Of a stretch of 55,614 nt of DNA, positions 53,810 through 55,614 are shown one piece after another. The stretch spans positions 1 to 55,614 of the forward strand of contig DASTCF010000086.1 in assembly GCA_035711365.1 (NCBI GenBank). Direction: 5' to 3'. The notes under the pieces were generated by a model. It did no database searches, was not told the DNA's origin, and saw only the letters and a program-made list of their open reading frames with translations. Every line of letters starts with the position of its first letter. Within the stretch, counting starts at the first letter, position 1. The position numbers and the translations under genes were made by a program. The stretch comes from Gemmatimonadales bacterium. GTDB lineage: Bacteria > Gemmatimonadota > Gemmatimonadetes > Gemmatimonadales > GWC2-71-9.

Positions 53810-54469
53810 GTGTTCCTGGGCCATTACGGGCTGGCATTTGCGCTCAAGCGGGCGGAGCCCAAGGTCTCGCTTGGCACACTCTTCCTTGCGACGCAGCTCG
53901 TGGATCTCGCGTGGGGTGCCACCATCCTCCTCGGATGGGAAGTCGTCGTAATCTCGCCAGGCGTGACGCCCGCAACGCCGCTCAGGTTCATCTCCTATCC
54001 GATTACCCACAGCCTCGTGGCCGCGGTGCTCTGGGCCGCAGCCGCCTCGGCTGTGTGGTACACCCTGCCCACACGAGATACGAGTCACCACGCGCGTGCC
54101 GCGATGGTCGTCGCCTTCGCGGTCGCCTCGCATTGGGTCCTTGACCTGGTCGTCCACGTGCCGGACCTTCCGCTCGCCGGCGACGCGTCACCGAAGTTCG
54201 GCCTGGGACTGTGGAACAACCTCCCTGCGACGCTCACGGTGGAGTTCGCCCTGCTGACCGTCGGCGTCGGACTCTACCTGGGGAGCGGGACGCGGCGCCA
54301 TCCCGTGCGGCGGGCCTGGACCCTCGCCTTCGCAGCCGTGCTCGGCGCCGTGTACCTCCTCGCCACGCTCGGTCCGCCGCCACCGAGCGTCAAGGCGATC
54401 GGCGTCGGGGCGATCGCGAGCATCGCCGGGATTGCCGGCCTGGCCGGCTGGCTCGACTCTTCCCGGTGA
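53810..54469 (+). CDS. integral membrane protein of unknown function
   Basis: About six hydrophobic segments and conserved-looking His residues (GHYG, ITHSL, SHWVLDLVVH). GTG start. Confidence 0.55.
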   Translation: MFLGHYGLAFALKRAEPKVSLGTLFLATQLVDLAWGATILLGWEVVVISPGVTPATPLRFISYPITHSLVAAVLWAAAASAVWYTLPTRDTSHHARAAMVVAFAVASHWVLDLVVHVPDLPLAGDASPKFGLGLWNNLPATLTVEFALLTVGVGLYLGSGTRRHPVRRAWTLAFAAVLGAVYLLATLGPPPPSVKAIGVGAIASIAGIAGLAGWLDSSR

Positions 54470-54831
54470 ACCGCACCTTCTTCCGGCTCGGTGCAGTCTC
54501 GGCGTTCCTGGCCGTCGCCGCCGGCGCCTTCGGCGCGCACGCCCTACGATCCCGCCTTGCGCCCGACCTGCTTGCCGTCTTCGAGACCGGCGCCCGATAC
54601 CAGATGTATCACGCCGTCGGCCTGTTCGTCGCCGCCTGGGTGGGGTCGTGCCGGCCTGGCCGCATCGCGGGGTGGTGCTTCGCGGCAGGGACACTGCTCT
54701 TTTCCGGCAGCCTCTACGCCCTCGCCCTGACGGGCATCCGGCCGCTCGGCGCGATCACCCCGTTCGGCGGAATCGCGTTCCTTGCCGGCTGGGTCTGCCT
54801 GCTGTTCGCCGTCGGCCGTGACGACGCGTGA
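54466..54831 (+). CDS. DUF423 (YgdD-like) small membrane protein
   Basis: AAGAFGAHAL ... YQMYHAV ... GTLLFSGSLYALAL ... TPFGGIAFLAGW closely parallels E. coli YgdD as remembered. GTGA overlap with the upstream gene. Confidence 0.8.
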   Translation: MNRTFFRLGAVSAFLAVAAGAFGAHALRSRLAPDLLAVFETGARYQMYHAVGLFVAAWVGSCRPGRIAGWCFAAGTLLFSGSLYALALTGIRPLGAITPFGGIAFLAGWVCLLFAVGRDDA

Positions 54832-55481
54832 GTGCGCTCGCCGGAAAATACCGCGCGCTCCTCGGACGACTCGACGATTGGACGCTACAGGTGCGGGAAC
54901 GCAACCCGGGCGTGATCCCCTGTGCTCGGGGATGCACCGCCTGCTGCCATGGGCCGTTCGATGTGTCGGCCGCCGACGTTGTACTCCTCCTCTCTGGCTT
55001 CGCTTCCCTCCCGGACGATCAGAGGCGCCAGGTGCTCGCGCAGGCGAAGCACCTCACGGCTCGCATTGCATTCGTGGAGCCCGCCTGGCGGGCGCCGTAC
55101 GACGTCGGTGAGCTCGGGGAGTCCCGGTTCGACGCACTGACCATGGCGCTGGCGGACGAACCCTGTCCGTTCCTGCAGCAGGGCTCGTGCAGTATCTACG
55201 TGGACCGGCCGTTGGTCTGTCGCGTGATGGGCCTGGGACTCCTCACCCCGGATGACCAGTGCCTGCCGAATGCCTGCCCTATCCAGGCCGATTTCCCCGA
55301 GTACCTTGCCCTGCCGCCCCAGCGATTCGATCTGGCCGGGCTCGAACGCGAGGAAAAGCCATGCCTGGCGGAGGCCGGGCGAGAACTGTTCGGACATGAG
55401 TCGGCGGAATCGTACGAAACGACCATCGCGACCGCGCTGATGCATTTCGCACACCCCGTCACGGAGGCCGGAGCATGCTGA
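54828..55481 (+). CDS. YkgJ-family cysteine-cluster (CxxCxxCC) protein
   Basis: CARGCTACCHGPF and CPFLQQGSCSIYVDRPLVCR motifs (UPF0153/PF03692 type). GTGA overlap with the upstream gene. Confidence 0.75.
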   Translation: MSALAGKYRALLGRLDDWTLQVRERNPGVIPCARGCTACCHGPFDVSAADVVLLLSGFASLPDDQRRQVLAQAKHLTARIAFVEPAWRAPYDVGELGESRFDALTMALADEPCPFLQQGSCSIYVDRPLVCRVMGLGLLTPDDQCLPNACPIQADFPEYLALPPQRFDLAGLEREEKPCLAEAGRELFGHESAESYETTIATALMHFAHPVTEAGAC

Positions 55482-55614
55482 GCACCGCGACCACGCACAA
55501 CAGAACCGGTTTCGGACGAAACCGGCTGCTCCAGGCCCTTGTCGCGTGGTATGCCGTGATCTGGGTGGTGACCGCCATCCACCCGGTGTACCCCGCGGAC
55601 TGGCTGCTGGAGAA
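55475..55614 (+). CDS. 5' fragment of a membrane protein, possibly DUF2238/YjdF-like (runs off the window)
   Basis: ATG at 55475 overlaps the upstream 3' end. Translation MLSTATTHNRTGFGRNRLLQALVAWYAVIWVVTAIHPVYPADWLLE; the AI-P....WLLE pattern recalls DUF2238 N-termini. Confidence 0.4.
   Translation, partial: MLSTATTHNRTGFGRNRLLQALVAWYAVIWVVTAIHPVYPADWLLE

Noticed and set aside
1-55614. tRNA, rRNA, CRISPR arrays, toxin-antitoxin pairs and prophage genes
   Set aside because: All intergenic gaps are under 200 nt. None shows cloverleaf-like arms, regularly spaced repeats or small paired ORFs.

Overview
High-GC (roughly 68-70% by eye) bacterial chromosomal segment. It is gene-dense: about 50 CDS, many joined by 1-4 nt ATGA/GTGA/TGATG start-stop overlaps. 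I saw no rRNA, tRNA, CRISPR array, integrase or transposase. Left to right: (i) The 3' part of an N6-adenine DNA methyltransferase, overlapped by an SNF2-family helicase gene; this may be the edge of a restriction/defence-type module. (ii) A HAD phosphatase, a DUF47-PiT phosphate-uptake pair, and Moco-maturation genes (MocA-like, CoxG/MoeA-like fusion). (iii) A lipid/PHA-granule-flavoured cluster: ABC1/UbiB-type kinase, PlsC-like acyltransferase, patatin-like phospholipase, phasin and PhaR. Divergent from it is a class-I HMG-CoA reductase with an extra N-terminal domain plus an XdhC-like protein, and the phaR/HMGR intergenic region carries repeated palindromes. (iv) A nine-gene minus-strand arginine operon, argG-X-argC-argD-argF'-argB-argE'-argH-argR, of the N-acyl-ornithine transcarbamylase type. 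It lacks argA/argJ but contains an uncharacterised P-loop gene (X). It appears to be driven by a leaderless promoter overlapped by a perfect 16-bp ARG-box-like palindrome. (v) At the window centre, an HDAC-family deacylase fused to an unknown C-terminal domain and coupled to a membrane-anchored orphan protein. I rank this as the best candidate for an undescribed system. (vi) DUF2071, aldo-keto reductase, deaminase, DinB, EamA, AI-2E transporter and an OmpA/TSP3 protein. (vii) An ECF sigma/anti-sigma/DUF4097 operon. (viii) A receptor Ser/Thr kinase translationally coupled to a SARP-BTAD-AAA regulator, an orphan lipoprotein, and a 5-PAS hybrid histidine kinase with a degenerate N-terminal receiver. 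(ix) tesA-like/ybbA/ybbP, a plastid-type fabI and small membrane proteins. Taxonomic guess (inference only): Gemmatimonadota-like or another high-GC Gram-negative lineage. All functional calls rest on motif recognition from memory, with no searches run. Start codons are often uncertain by tens of nt.
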